Positions 1-8,621 of a stretch of 64,000 nucleotides of DNA are shown here, piece by piece. Below the pieces are notes generated by a model, which was not told the origin of the DNA, did no database searches, and saw only the letters and a list, made by a program, of their open reading frames with translations. Source of the stretch: Candidatus Hydrogenedentes bacterium UBA6118. GTDB lineage: Bacteria; Hydrogenedentota; Hydrogenedentia; Hydrogenedentales; SLHB01. The translations under genes were made by a program, and so were the position numbers. Every line of letters starts with the position of its first letter. Position 1 is the first letter of the stretch. The stretch is from NCBI GenBank assembly GCA_002422525.1, contig DIWA01000086.1:52533-116532 (forward strand). The letters run 5' to 3'.

Positions 1-790
1 CATGCTCGGCCTTGCAGCGGATCAGCACGGCATCGAGTTCGCGTTCCAGGTTGTGCTGCATGTCGGCGTCGAGCGTCAGATGGAGATCCGCCCCGCCTTG
101 CGGCGGTTCGTAGTCGGTCGTCAGCGACGGCAGCAGCACCAGGTTGCGGTCCTTTCCGCCCACGCGACGTCCGGGCGTGCTGCTCAGGTACTCGTTGTAC
201 GTCCGTTCGAGCCCTTCTTTGCCGTCTCCGTCGCGATCGGCGAACCCGAGCACGTGCGCGGCCAGCTCGCCCTGCGGGTAGAACCGAAGGCCCTCCACTT
301 CGAGATGCAGCGCCTTCGGCGCGATCTCATCCAGGTCTCCCAGCGCGCTCACCTCGCGTTCGGTCAGGTAGCGCTTGATCCAAGAGAAGCGCTTGGCACG
401 TCCTTCCGGACCCGTGGTCGAGAGCAACGCCTCGAGTTTCTGGACGTCCATGTCGAGGATGGGCGCGAGCCGCATCGCCACGATCTCAGGGTCGGGGATG
501 CGCGCCGGATCGGCGGAGAGGGAATGAACGTCGCGGTCGGTGGCCAGCAGACGGTCGGCGCTGTCGTAGATATTCCCCCGCGGCCGCTGAATTGTGACGC
601 GCCCGATGTGGTACATCTCTTCCTGGCTGAGGTCCCACCGCGGGCTGATATGCACATGGACCAGTTGAAGGATGACGCCGCCGAAGCCGAGCAGGAACAG
701 CCAGAGCGCTATCCGTATCCGTTTGCGGTGATGCGCCGTTACCGCGCGCTCAACGGACTGGGGCGCCTGCTGCTCGTGCTGCATGGACAT
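1..790 (-). CDS. ftsI: Peptidoglycan D,D-transpeptidase FtsI / PBP, N-terminal part (gene runs off window start)
   Basis: Manual translation of the minus strand gives MSMQHEQQ...RFYPQGELAAHVLGFADRDGDGKEGLERTYNEYLSSTPGRRVGGKDRNLV, which matches the FtsI/PBP dimerisation-domain consensus (E. coli RYYPSGEVTAHLIGF..GIEGVEKSF). AGGAGA RBS just upstream of the ATG, directly downstream of the ftsL-like gene. Absent from the ORF track because it has no in-window stop. Confidence 0.7.
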   Translation of the reverse strand, partial: MSMQHEQQAPQSVERAVTAHHRKRIRIALWLFLLGFGGVILQLVHVHISPRWDLSQEEMYHIGRVTIQRPRGNIYDSADRLLATDRDVHSLSADPARIPDPEIVAMRLAPILDMDVQKLEALLSTTGPEGRAKRFSWIKRYLTEREVSALGDLDEIAPKALHLEVEGLRFYPQGELAAHVLGFADRDGDGKEGLERTYNEYLSSTPGRRVGGKDRNLVLLPSLTTDYEPPQGGADLHLTLDADMQHNLERELDAVLIRCKAEH

Positions 791-799
791 GGCGTCTCC

Positions 800-1207
800 T
801 CACTCGACGACGGCCCCGCCGGGCGGCGGCGTCACCGACTGGCCCATCTGCGCCACGCGGAAGTCGCGGTTCGGCAGCGTGGGGGGGAGGACCCCTGCCG
901 GGTCGATCACGACGACCTGTCCGGGCTGGGGTTCGACCATGCCCATCGCGAGGGCTTTGGATTCGAGCCGCCACATCGCGGCCAAGTCCGCGCTCTCGGC
1001 CTCGAGGTTCTTGATCTGCGTCTTGAGTTCGCGGATCTCCCGACTGAGCTGCGACGTGGCGTAGTCCTGCTCGTAGACCTGGAGCTGGATCCAGGTCTCG
1101 TAGAACAGCACCCCGAACACAAGCAGCAGAACCGGCAACCACAGGATGCCGGCCCCGAAAACGTAGTTGAGCGCACGCGTGCGCTGATCGCGAATGACAC
1201 CGCTCAT
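800..1207 (-). CDS. ftsL: FtsL-like cell-division protein (single TM plus coiled coil)
   Basis: 135-aa protein with an N-terminal TM helix (ILWLPVLLLVFGVLF) followed by a heptad-rich coiled coil. Sits between rsmH and ftsI, and its start overlaps the rsmH stop (ATGA), as in canonical dcw clusters. Confidence 0.5.
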   Translation of the reverse strand: MSGVIRDQRTRALNYVFGAGILWLPVLLLVFGVLFYETWIQLQVYEQDYATSQLSREIRELKTQIKNLEAESADLAAMWRLESKALAMGMVEPQPGQVVVIDPAGVLPPTLPNRDFRVAQMGQSVTPPPGGAVVE

Positions 1208-2145
1208 TGTGGTCCGCCCTCCTCCGGCAGGCGTTCGGCCGCCCGCAGTCGTGCGCTGTGCGCCCTCGGGTTGGCGCGGCGCTCCGTTTCGCTCGGCGAC
1301 ACCGGGCGCGGCGTGAGCACCCTCAAGCGGGGCGGATGCGTCTGCGCCACCCGTCCGTCCGGGAACAGCTCCCGTTGCACGCGGGACGCCGACCGAAACG
1401 CCTGCTTCACGATTCTGTCTTCTCCTGAGTGGAATGAGATGACCGCCAGCCGCCCCCCAGGAGCGAGCGCGTCGATCATCTGGGTCAATCCGGTCCGCAA
1501 GGCGTTCAGCTCATCGTTCACGGCGATGCGGATCGCCTGGAACACGGTCCGGACCTCGTCCGGTTCGCCATGGACGAACGGCAACGCGTCGCACACGGCC
1601 TGACGCAGTTCACCGGTCGTGTTCAGTCGTCCCGCGTGCGCGCGCGCGATCACCGTCTCGGCGATGCGGCGCGCGGGCCGGACATCGCCGTACGCGCGCA
1701 GCGTCTGCATCAACGACTCCCGGGTCTGCTCGCGCAGCCAGGCCGCGGCGGACACGCCCCGGGTCGCGTCCATGCGCATGTCCAACGGCCCCTCCGCCTG
1801 CAGCGAGAAACCGCGCCGCGCATCGTCCAACTGGCAGCTCGACAAGCCCGCATCCACCAGTATGCCCTCGACCGTTTTGATGCCCAACTCGGCCAACGCC
1901 CCGGCGAGTTCCGCGTAGTTCCGGCAGATCGCCTGCGCGGCGGGGTAGGGGGCCAGTCGCTGTCGCACGCGCTCAACCGCTTCGGGGTCTCGGTCCAGCG
2001 CGATCAGGCGGCCCGTCGTCAGCCGCTCAGCGATCAGCTCGCTGTGGCCGCCGCCTCCAGCCGTGCAGTCCACGTAGGTCCCGGCCGGGTCAATGTTCAG
2101 ATAGTGAAGCGCCTCCGCGGACAGCACGGGGACATGCCCCGCGGC
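1204..2145 (-). CDS. rsmH: 16S rRNA (cytosine1402-N4)-methyltransferase RsmH/MraW
   Basis: HVPVLSAEALHYLNIDPAGTYVDCTAGGGGHS SAM-binding N-terminus, and DAGLSSCQLDDARRGFS and FHSGEDRIVK motifs typical of RsmH. The ORF has no internal ATG before the conserved N-terminus, so a TTG start around 2145 is inferred. Confidence 0.85.
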   Translation of the reverse strand, partial: AAGHVPVLSAEALHYLNIDPAGTYVDCTAGGGGHSELIAERLTTGRLIALDRDPEAVERVRQRLAPYPAAQAICRNYAELAGALAELGIKTVEGILVDAGLSSCQLDDARRGFSLQAEGPLDMRMDATRGVSAAAWLREQTRESLMQTLRAYGDVRPARRIAETVIARAHAGRLNTTGELRQAVCDALPFVHGEPDEVRTVFQAIRIAVNDELNALRTGLTQMIDALAPGGRLAVISFHSGEDRIVKQAFRSASRVQRELFPDGRVAQTHPPRLRVLTPRPVSPSETERRANPRAHSARLRAAERLPEEGGPQ

Positions 2146-2156
2146 GTCGTGCAATC

Positions 2157-2507
2157 TCAGGCCGCCTTCCGGAACATGCTGACGGCCCGCGCTTCCGTGT
2201 CGTACGTGTCGAACATGCCGCTCAGGCCCGCCATGCGGAACATCCGCTCCGCGTACACGTTCAGCGCCACGAGCTTCATGTCGCCGTGGAACGCCTGGAA
2301 CTTCCGAAGCCGCTCCACGAGCACCCCGATGCCCATGCAACTGATGTAGCACACGTCGCGCATGTTCAGCACGACGTTGAACCGATGTTCGGCGAGGCAA
2401 TCGTACAACGCCGTCCGCAAGGCCTCGACGCCGCACTCGTCGATGTCGCCCCGCAGCCGCAGGACCGTCACCGCGCCCTTATCCATCCGATCGATCGCTA
2501 CCATGGT
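2157..2507 (-). CDS. STAS-domain anti-sigma-factor antagonist (SpoIIAA/RsbV-like)
   Basis: MVAIDRMDKGAVTVLRLRGDIDECGVEALRTAL...VVLNMRDVCYISCMGIGVLVERL...MKLVALN fits the STAS/SpoIIAA fold pattern. GGAGGAG RBS upstream of the ATG. Located between mraZ and rsmH. Confidence 0.75.
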   Translation of the reverse strand, partial: TMVAIDRMDKGAVTVLRLRGDIDECGVEALRTALYDCLAEHRFNVVLNMRDVCYISCMGIGVLVERLRKFQAFHGDMKLVALNVYAERMFRMAGLSGMFDTYDTEARAVSMFRKAA

Positions 2508-2985
2508 CCGCCCCTTTCTCCTCCTCGGAGTGTTCCGCCTCGGTCGGTCCGCCTTCGATGACAGGAACCGACATCTCCCTGAACTTGGGTTCGCGCGCAG
2601 CCACGAACTCCTGCCAGACCTCCTTGCTCCACAGCTCAAGGTGGTCTTCAACGCCGATAACCACGGCCTCCTTGTCGATCCGCGCGTACTCGCGAAGATG
2701 CTGCGGGATCGCCATTCTTCCCTGCGGGTCGGGTCGGGACTCCGCGACGCTGCTGAAGAACAACCGTTTGAAGTCCAGTGCGCGGGTGTCGATCGAGTCG
2801 AACCGCCCCGCCTTCTTGCGGAGCTGTTCCCATGCAGGGTGGGGAAACATGAACAGGCAGCCGTCGTACCCGCGGGTGAGATACCAGATGGCGTGGCCGA
2901 GCCCGTTCATCGTATCGCGGATGCGACGGGGCACGGTGATGCGCCCTTTCTCATCCAACTTCGATACGGCCTCGCCGAAATACAT
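2479..2985 (-). CDS. mraZ: Transcriptional regulator MraZ
   Basis: MYFGEAVSKLDEKGRITVPRRIR and a second MraZ half-domain (RMAIPQHLREYARIDKEAVVIGVEDHLELW). First gene of the dcw cluster. Acidic C-terminal extension; 3' end overlaps the STAS gene by about 29 bp. Confidence 0.8.
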   Translation of the reverse strand: MYFGEAVSKLDEKGRITVPRRIRDTMNGLGHAIWYLTRGYDGCLFMFPHPAWEQLRKKAGRFDSIDTRALDFKRLFFSSVAESRPDPQGRMAIPQHLREYARIDKEAVVIGVEDHLELWSKEVWQEFVAAREPKFREMSVPVIEGGPTEAEHSEEEKGADHGSDRSDG

Positions 2986-3042
2986 CCGCCTATCCCCGGA
3001 ATGGCGTTGCGCCGGGCCCCCGGTCGGAGGGGAAACTGTGGG

Positions 3043-3066
3043 GCGATTTGTGGTCGCTCGCAACCC
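3043..3066. promoter_or_regulatory. Possible MraZ operator: direct TGTGG/GTGGG repeats at about 11-bp spacing upstream of mraZ
   Basis: ctGTGGGgcgattTGTGGtcgc lies 60-80 bp upstream of the mraZ start. MraZ boxes in other bacteria are GTGGG-type direct repeats with helical periodicity. Confidence 0.25.
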
Positions 3067-3151
3067 CTTGACCGCCCGACTACCACCATTCAACAACCCC
3101 TATTCTACACCCTCCCGCCCCAAAGCGCAAGAGGTTTCTCTCGGTGGTTCC

Positions 3152-3166
3152 CCTTGCGCCGCAAGG
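3152..3166. promoter_or_regulatory. Perfect 7-bp inverted repeat CCTTGCG-C-CGCAAGG in the mraZ / MFS divergent intergenic region
   Basis: Palindrome read directly in the sequence; a candidate operator or hairpin in the 440-bp divergent promoter region. Confidence 0.25.
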
Positions 3167-3422
3167 AGTTAGGTCGGATGGAATGCGTGATTTCAGCGGG
3201 GCCGGATCTCCCCAATATGTTGTGTGTATGGTGCGCTTGAGGGGCGTATGTAACAACATGGATACTGAAATAAAATACAGATTTCCGGATCTCGGCCGAT
3301 CTTCCTGTCGCTTGTTTGCTACCCCGGGCGCCCCGCACGTACACTTGTCTCCACGTAGGAATCGGGGCGCTCGCTCCGATAGGCCGCGCCGGCGCGAACG
3401 GCTGCATCACAGGACGACGAAC

Positions 3423-4925
3423 ATGCTCAGGTGGGTGAAGCCGGACGAAGAGATCAGCCCGGATCGGCTCGAACGCGGGCTCCGTTCGCTCGTCATCGAA
3501 GGGGCGTTTTCGCAGGTGACCCTCGTGTTGACCACCGGCGCCTTTCTGATCGGTCTGGCGTTGGCCCTGGGCGCCTCGAACACGGTGATCGGCATCCTGT
3601 CCGCCGTCGGCCCGATCGCCCAAGTCATCCAGATCCCCGCGACCTACCTGGTGGAGCGCCTCCGGTGGCGCAGGTTCCTGTCGGTATCCGCCGCGTGGCT
3701 GAGTCGGTTGGCCCTGCTCGGCATGGCGACGCTGCCGTTCCCGCCGTGGCCGGCGTCCTGGCGGATCCCCATGCTGTTGGTGTTCCTCGGGCTTCACTAC
3801 GGGCTGGGGGCGGTGTCCTGGTGCGCCTTCAACTCATGGATCCGGGATCTGGTGCCGATGGAGCGGCTTTCGTCCTTCTTCGCGCGGCGGCTGACTGTGG
3901 CGACGCTCATCGGCGCGCTGGTCAGCTTCGGCGGGGGCGCGGCCGTGGACGCGATGAACGACCAGTTCCAGCTTGGGGCGGGGTCCTACGCGGCGTTGTT
4001 CGTGGTGGCGGGCGTCGTCGGGCTGATCGGCCTGACCGTGCTCAGCCGCGTGCCGGAGCCGCGCATGCCGCAGGCGCCGGCGGAGCCGATTCGCGCCCTG
4101 TTGATGCAGCCCATCCGAGACACGCGTTTTCGGGCGGTGCTGGTGTTCATGGCGTGGTGGAGTTTCGCGGTGAACTTCGTGGCGCCGTTCTTCGCGGTCT
4201 ACCTGCTGCAGGAGCTCGGGCTGAGCATGACCTTCGTGCTGGCCCTGTCTGTGCTCAGTCAGATCACGAACGTGGCGTTTTTCGGCCTATGGGGGCGGTT
4301 GGCGGACCGGTTCACCAACAAATCCGTGCTGTTGCTCGCCGTGCCGATGTTCTTCCTCACCCTGCTCCTGTGGCCGTTCACCACGATGCCGGAGCCGCAT
4401 CTGTTGACGCTCCCGCTCCTGATCGTGATCCACGTGGTCTCGGGCATCGCGCTGGCCGGGGTGGCCCTGTGCGCGGGAAACCTGGCGCTGAAGAGCGCGC
4501 CGTACGGGCGGGCGGCGTCCTATCTGGCCGTGAACGCCCTGGTGTCGGGCATCGCCGCGGCGATCGCGCCGATCATCGCGGGGATCACCGCGGACCGGCT
4601 CGCGCCCTTCGAGCTGCGGCTCGATCTCGTGTTCGCCCGGTGGGTCGAGGCCGCGCCCGTGCTGCAACTGCCCACCATCGACATCCGCGGCATGGACTTC
4701 CTGTTCGTGTTCGCCTTCATCTTCGGCCTGTACTGCATGCACCGGCTGCTTGCTGTGCGCGAGGAGGGCGAAGTGACGGAGGAGGTTCTCCGCGAGGCGT
4801 TCTTCGAGGAGACCCGCCGGATGGTGCGTCAGGTATCCACGGTCGCCGGCGTGCGGCAGGTGCTCATCTTCCCTGCAGGCGAGCTCGGACCGCATCCATC
4901 ACGCGAGGACGTAACCCGCATGTAG
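3423..4925 (+). CDS. MFS-type transporter
   Basis: About 12 predicted TM helices, glycine- and alanine-rich helices and an MFS-like loop architecture. Start chosen at MLRWVKPDEE, after the divergent promoter region. Confidence 0.65.
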   Translation: MLRWVKPDEEISPDRLERGLRSLVIEGAFSQVTLVLTTGAFLIGLALALGASNTVIGILSAVGPIAQVIQIPATYLVERLRWRRFLSVSAAWLSRLALLGMATLPFPPWPASWRIPMLLVFLGLHYGLGAVSWCAFNSWIRDLVPMERLSSFFARRLTVATLIGALVSFGGGAAVDAMNDQFQLGAGSYAALFVVAGVVGLIGLTVLSRVPEPRMPQAPAEPIRALLMQPIRDTRFRAVLVFMAWWSFAVNFVAPFFAVYLLQELGLSMTFVLALSVLSQITNVAFFGLWGRLADRFTNKSVLLLAVPMFFLTLLLWPFTTMPEPHLLTLPLLIVIHVVSGIALAGVALCAGNLALKSAPYGRAASYLAVNALVSGIAAAIAPIIAGITADRLAPFELRLDLVFARWVEAAPVLQLPTIDIRGMDFLFVFAFIFGLYCMHRLLAVREEGEVTEEVLREAFFEETRRMVRQVSTVAGVRQVLIFPAGELGPHPSREDVTRM

Positions 4926-5382
4926 GCGCGGGCCGGCGGGTCGCCGTGCGCCCCGCCTCCGGCATCCGTTCCAGCGTCTTCCGGATGCCCTTGTCGACCT
5001 CGTCCTCATCGGGGTACATGGTCTCGTACCAGTGGAACGCCAGCCCCAGCCCCCAGGCGAGGATCACCCAGTAGGCCCAGGAGCCCCCCGGGGTCAGCAG
5101 GTCCACCGCCACCAGGAACAGGTTCACGAACACGAAGGCGACGAGGTGCTCGCGGAACTCGGCGCGTTGGCGGCGCGTCCAGATCGCGAAGGCCTCGTCC
5201 CGCTGTCGCGACGCCGCCCGCTCCGCGAGCACGGCCTCGACCTCATCGCGGCCCAGCCCCAGCTCGCTCGCTGTTTCGATGAGCGTGTCGTGGTCCACGG
5301 CGCCGTCGCGCGTCTCCCTGCGTCGCAGCGCCGCGGCCACGATCTCGCTCACCTCATCCGATGTGTATCTCTGCTCGCCCAT
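4864..5382 (-). CDS. 2TM-domain protein (cell-envelope stress-associated)
   Basis: N-terminal soluble region followed by two closely spaced TM helices (LVAFVFVNLFLVAVDLL / WAYWVILAWGLGLAFHW), typical of the 2TM domain often linked to PspC/LiaF modules. Adjacent to the psp island. Confidence 0.45.
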   Translation of the reverse strand: MGEQRYTSDEVSEIVAAALRRRETRDGAVDHDTLIETASELGLGRDEVEAVLAERAASRQRDEAFAIWTRRQRAEFREHLVAFVFVNLFLVAVDLLTPGGSWAYWVILAWGLGLAFHWYETMYPDEDEVDKGIRKTLERMPEAGRTATRRPAPTCGLRPRVMDAVRARLQGR

Positions 5383-5430
5383 GGCATCGTCTCCGTCGTG
5401 CGTCGGTCTGGTCCGGTGCATGCATCCGTG

Positions 5431-5832
5431 TCAAAAGGAGTCCGAGCGCGGATACCCGGGGTCGTAGCGGCGGGCGGGCCGCCGGAACAGGTCCGCGCTG
5501 TCGTGGTGCAGGAGGGCCCAGAAGGCGTAGATCGCCAGCGCCGTGCCGAGGGGGAAGCTGAGGAGGTCAAACGCGCTCTTGATGAGAATCACGATACGGG
5601 CCCACGGTCGGAAGCCCAGAAGGCCGATGCCGCCGAGCAGGCCCGGCGCGGAAAGCAGCGCGATGAACAGGGCGATGCCGCTGAAGATCGCCATCGCGAT
5701 CGGCGTGTCCGGATCGCTGCCGAAGGCGAACGGGAGCGCGGCCCCGAAGCCGAAGACCAGCAGGCCGATCACCATGCCGGCCATGGCGTAGATGATGTGG
5801 ATGATCGCGATGATGCGTATGTGAACGTCCAT
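5431..5832 (-). CDS. Hypothetical polytopic membrane protein
   Basis: Four hydrophobic helices and good codon bias; no recognisable family. Confidence 0.4.
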   Translation of the reverse strand: MDVHIRIIAIIHIIYAMAGMVIGLLVFGFGAALPFAFGSDPDTPIAMAIFSGIALFIALLSAPGLLGGIGLLGFRPWARIVILIKSAFDLLSFPLGTALAIYAFWALLHHDSADLFRRPARRYDPGYPRSDSF

Positions 5833-5895
5833 GCGCCCTCCCCGTTCAGCGGCGCGGCCCTCTCGGGCGGCGCGCCCGTTGCATCCCCGTGTGTC

Positions 5896-6060
5896 TCAGT
5901 ACAACGCCCGCATCGTAAGAAACCCGCCCAGAACAGCCATGGGCAGACCCAGAATCGCCCCGATGATGGTTGAAGTGAGGTAGAGGCCGACGAGGAGGAA
6001 GGCGACGCCGATCAGCAGTGTGAGCAGGATGCCCATGCGGCGCTCGGTGCGCGTGGACAT
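5896..6060 (-). CDS. Small membrane protein (about 54 aa, two TM)
   Basis: MSTRTERRMGILLTLLIGVAFLLVGLYLTSTIIGAILGLPMAVLGGFLTMRALY; located immediately downstream of pspC. Confidence 0.3.
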   Translation of the reverse strand: MSTRTERRMGILLTLLIGVAFLLVGLYLTSTIIGAILGLPMAVLGGFLTMRALY

Positions 6061-6173
6061 CCACCACAGCAGGCGGCAGGGCCACACGACCGGGGCCATC
6101 CACCAGGGGAACCGTCGAGTTCGCGGTGCAGCCGTCGCCATGCGCCGTCCCTCCCTTGCCGCGTGCACGCGGG

Positions 6174-6566
6174 CTACTCGCGCCCTTCGCGCAGGCGGCG
6201 CTCCCAGTCGAAGTCGCGCGCCGTGACGATGGCTTCCATGCGCTGGATCCGGCGCTCGAGGTTGTCGTACGTCCGCTTGAGGCGCTGCAGCGCGAGCGAA
6301 CGCGACGAGGCGTAGGTCTGGTAGAATTCCTCGTCAGAATCGTCGCGGAACGGCATGGCCGGTTCGAGCCGCATGATCAGGCCCGCCAGCACGTAGAGCC
6401 CGACGACGAGCCAGAACCCCGTCATCACCGCCGCCGCCACGAGGATCGCGCGCAGCCACCCCGCGGAGAAGTCGAGGTAGTCGGCCACGCCTCGGCACAC
6501 GCCGAAGATCATGCCGTCGCGCGAGCGATAGAGCCCGCGGCGCGGCGGTCCCGAGTCGTACGTCAT
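6174..6566 (-). CDS. pspC: Phage-shock protein C (PspC domain)
   Basis: GLYRSRDGMIFGVCRGVADYLDFSAGWLRAILVAAAVMTGFWLVVGLYVLAGLIM is a canonical PspC domain plus TM. Start overlaps the pspB stop (ATGA). The upstream part of the track ORF is discarded as spurious. Confidence 0.75.
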   Translation of the reverse strand: MTYDSGPPRRGLYRSRDGMIFGVCRGVADYLDFSAGWLRAILVAAAVMTGFWLVVGLYVLAGLIMRLEPAMPFRDDSDEEFYQTYASSRSLALQRLKRTYDNLERRIQRMEAIVTARDFDWERRLREGRE

Positions 6567-6811
6567 CGCGCCTGTCCTTTCCGTTCGCGGTCGAGAATCA
6601 AGGTCTCGAGCGTCTCGATACGCTGCTCCATACGCTGCAGCCCCTGGTGCAGATCCTGCACCAGTTGCGTCTCGTCTTCGGCCATCTGCCCGCCTCGGGT
6701 CGGGCCGCCCCTGAGGATGCGCAGCGCGGCCAGGAAGATGCCGCCCACGATCGCCACGAGCGGGATGCCGAAGATCAGTATCACCGCGAGTTCCGCTACG
6801 CCGATTCCCAT
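6563..6811 (-). CDS. pspB: PspB-like small membrane protein
   Basis: 82 aa with an N-terminal TM helix and a C-terminal helix, LVQDLHQGLQRMEQRIETLETLILD, resembling the PspB ...RMRERIQALESILD region. Sits between the pspA and pspC homologs. Confidence 0.55.
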   Translation of the reverse strand: MGIGVAELAVILIFGIPLVAIVGGIFLAALRILRGGPTRGGQMAEDETQLVQDLHQGLQRMEQRIETLETLILDRERKGQAR

Positions 6812-6870
6812 GCCTGCGCTCTCTATAGGATTGTCCGCCTCTCCGTCTCCAACTCATCGCGCTCGCCTCG

Positions 6871-7338
6871 TCACAGCTCTGTCCGTTCCGTCTCATAGTC
6901 CGCCCGCCGGCCGCTGTCCCGCGTCGAGGATAACCCGATCCCGCTGTCCAGCAGAATCGTCTCCAGCGCCTCGATCCGATCCTCCATGCGCGTCAGCGAC
7001 TGGTGGATCTCGCGCATCATGTGCGCCTCGTCCGCGGCGGATTCCGGTTCGTAGCCGCCGCGACCGCCGCGGCGCGCCCTGAGGGCCCGCATCGCGATGA
7101 GGAACCCCGCGCCGACGAGCAGGACGAACACGAGCATCGGGAGGATCGCAATCGAGGAATGCGCGGCGTGACCGCCCGTCATTCCGACCATCCGCAAGGG
7201 CGCCTGGAAGACGCCGGCCGCTGCACGCGCGAGGGTCATCGGAATGACCAGAAGCGCCCCCATCAGCGTCGGCAGGATGATGCCCAGCATCACCACGGCA
7301 AGCCACCCCAGTATGAGCAGTCGGATCAGCGACCTCAT
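6871..7338 (-). CDS. PspB-like paralog with two N-terminal TM helices
   Basis: C-terminal MMREIHQSLTRMEDRIEALETILLD is nearly identical in pattern to the neighbouring PspB C-terminus; the N-terminus carries two TM helices. Confidence 0.5.
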   Translation of the reverse strand: MRSLIRLLILGWLAVVMLGIILPTLMGALLVIPMTLARAAAGVFQAPLRMVGMTGGHAAHSSIAILPMLVFVLLVGAGFLIAMRALRARRGGRGGYEPESAADEAHMMREIHQSLTRMEDRIEALETILLDSGIGLSSTRDSGRRADYETERTEL

Positions 7339-7395
7339 TTCGACACACCCCTCCTTCGCCCCGATGCGACCCCGTCGCGGGCGACGCCTGCGGCC

Positions 7396-8067
7396 TCAGC
7401 TCGTGGCGTCGCCCCGGTTGCGCGCCTTCAGTTCGGACAGCTCTTTCTCGAGCGCCTCGTCGCGGGTGAGCTGCGAGAACTCGTCCTCGAGCGACGGCTT
7501 GCGCCCGAAGTTCACCAGCTCCGCCTCGGCCTCCATCTGCTCGATGCGCTCCTCGAAGTTGTCGAACCTGTGCATCGCGTCCGAGGTGTCGGCTTTCCGG
7601 ATATCATACTGCGCGCGCTGCTTCTGGCGTGCATGAATATGTCGCTGCACCAGCAGGCGCTGCCGCTCGCGGGCCGACGCCAGCTTGTCCTCGAGCTGCG
7701 AGATGTCCGCCTGGTACTGGTCCACGAGGCTCTCGCAGTGGTCGATCTCGCCTTCGAGCGTCTCGACCCGTTCGAGGAACCGCCGCTTCTCGAGCAGCGC
7801 CTCGCGGGCCAGGTCGTCGCGGCCCTTGTTCACGGCGAGGTCGGCCTTCGCAGCCCATTCCTCGGCCCGGGCGCGCACCTCGTCGATCTCGCGTTCGACG
7901 CGCTTCTTGGTCGCCATCGCGCCCGCGCACGACGCCTTCACCTCGACCAGGGTGTCCTCCATCTCCCGGATCATCATCTTGACGAGCTTCTCCGGGTCCT
8001 CCGCCTTGTCGAGCATCGCGTTGATGTTCGAACTGATAATGTCTCGCACGCGTGTGAAGATGCCCAT
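7396..8067 (-). CDS. pspA: Phage-shock protein A / IM30 / Vipp1 family
   Basis: MGIFTRVRDIISSNINAMLDKAEDPEKLVKMMIREMEDTLVEVKASCAGAMA... is the canonical PspA N-terminus, with the long coiled coil running the full length. Confidence 0.9.
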   Translation of the reverse strand: MGIFTRVRDIISSNINAMLDKAEDPEKLVKMMIREMEDTLVEVKASCAGAMATKKRVEREIDEVRARAEEWAAKADLAVNKGRDDLAREALLEKRRFLERVETLEGEIDHCESLVDQYQADISQLEDKLASARERQRLLVQRHIHARQKQRAQYDIRKADTSDAMHRFDNFEERIEQMEAEAELVNFGRKPSLEDEFSQLTRDEALEKELSELKARNRGDATS

Positions 8068-8105
8068 TTTCGCCGCTCCTTATGTGGTTCCAGCCCCTGC
8101 GTCGA

Positions 8106-8621
8106 TCACGCCGACGCCGCGGGTTCGCTGGGGTTAACCGTGATCCAATCCAATCGATAGGCCGTGCGGCGTTCGCCGACGGCCTCGCGTCGCCCGCGCC
8201 GCACCAAGCCGCCGTCCGCGGGTTTCTCGGCGCCGCGGGCCCGAAACGCGGGGAACAGCGCGCCAGCCTCTTGCAGCGCAAGGAACACAAGCTCGCCGAT
8301 CATGTCGACCGCATCCGGCTCGGCCAGGTACACCCGCAGCCCGATGCGCCACGTGCCGATCGTCTCGTCGAACGCGCACCACACGACCTGGGCCTTCAGT
8401 TCGATCGCCTGATCGTCGAGCCCGTCCCGGCAGACCAGCAGATGCGCGCCGACAGGCATGGGCGCGCCGACCGCCACGGCCATGCCGCCGCGCCCGACGT
8501 CGAAGCAGCGGCCCGCGATGCGCACGCCGTCCCGGCGTATGCACGTCAGTTCACACCCGCTCGGCGTCCGGACGAACCGGCGCTTGTCGCGTGTGGTTTC
8601 CGCTTCGGGTCTGCTGGTCAT
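8106..8621 (-). CDS. PilZ-domain protein (c-di-GMP receptor)
   Basis: RDKRRFVRTP ... CFDVGRGGMAV match the PilZ RxxxR and D/NxSxxG motifs. Located immediately upstream of pspA on the same strand. Confidence 0.6.
   Translation of the reverse strand: MTSRPEAETTRDKRRFVRTPSGCELTCIRRDGVRIAGRCFDVGRGGMAVAVGAPMPVGAHLLVCRDGLDDQAIELKAQVVWCAFDETIGTWRIGLRVYLAEPDAVDMIGELVFLALQEAGALFPAFRARGAEKPADGGLVRRGRREAVGERRTAYRLDWITVNPSEPAASA

Noticed and set aside
2-1603. 533-aa plus-strand ORF spanning the ftsI / ftsL / rsmH region
   Set aside because: Arg/Gly/Ala/Val-rich low-complexity composition typical of antisense frames in high-GC DNA. The opposite strand encodes clearly recognisable FtsI, FtsL-like and RsmH proteins.
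3105-3797. 230-aa minus-strand ORF crossing the mraZ / MFS intergenic region
   Set aside because: Runs antisense through the MFS gene start and the divergent promoter; Arg/Gly/Pro-rich; no RBS.
3431-5074. 547-aa plus-strand ORF overlapping the MFS transporter in another frame
   Set aside because: Out-of-frame shadow of the MFS gene; Pro/Arg/Gly-rich; no TM pattern.
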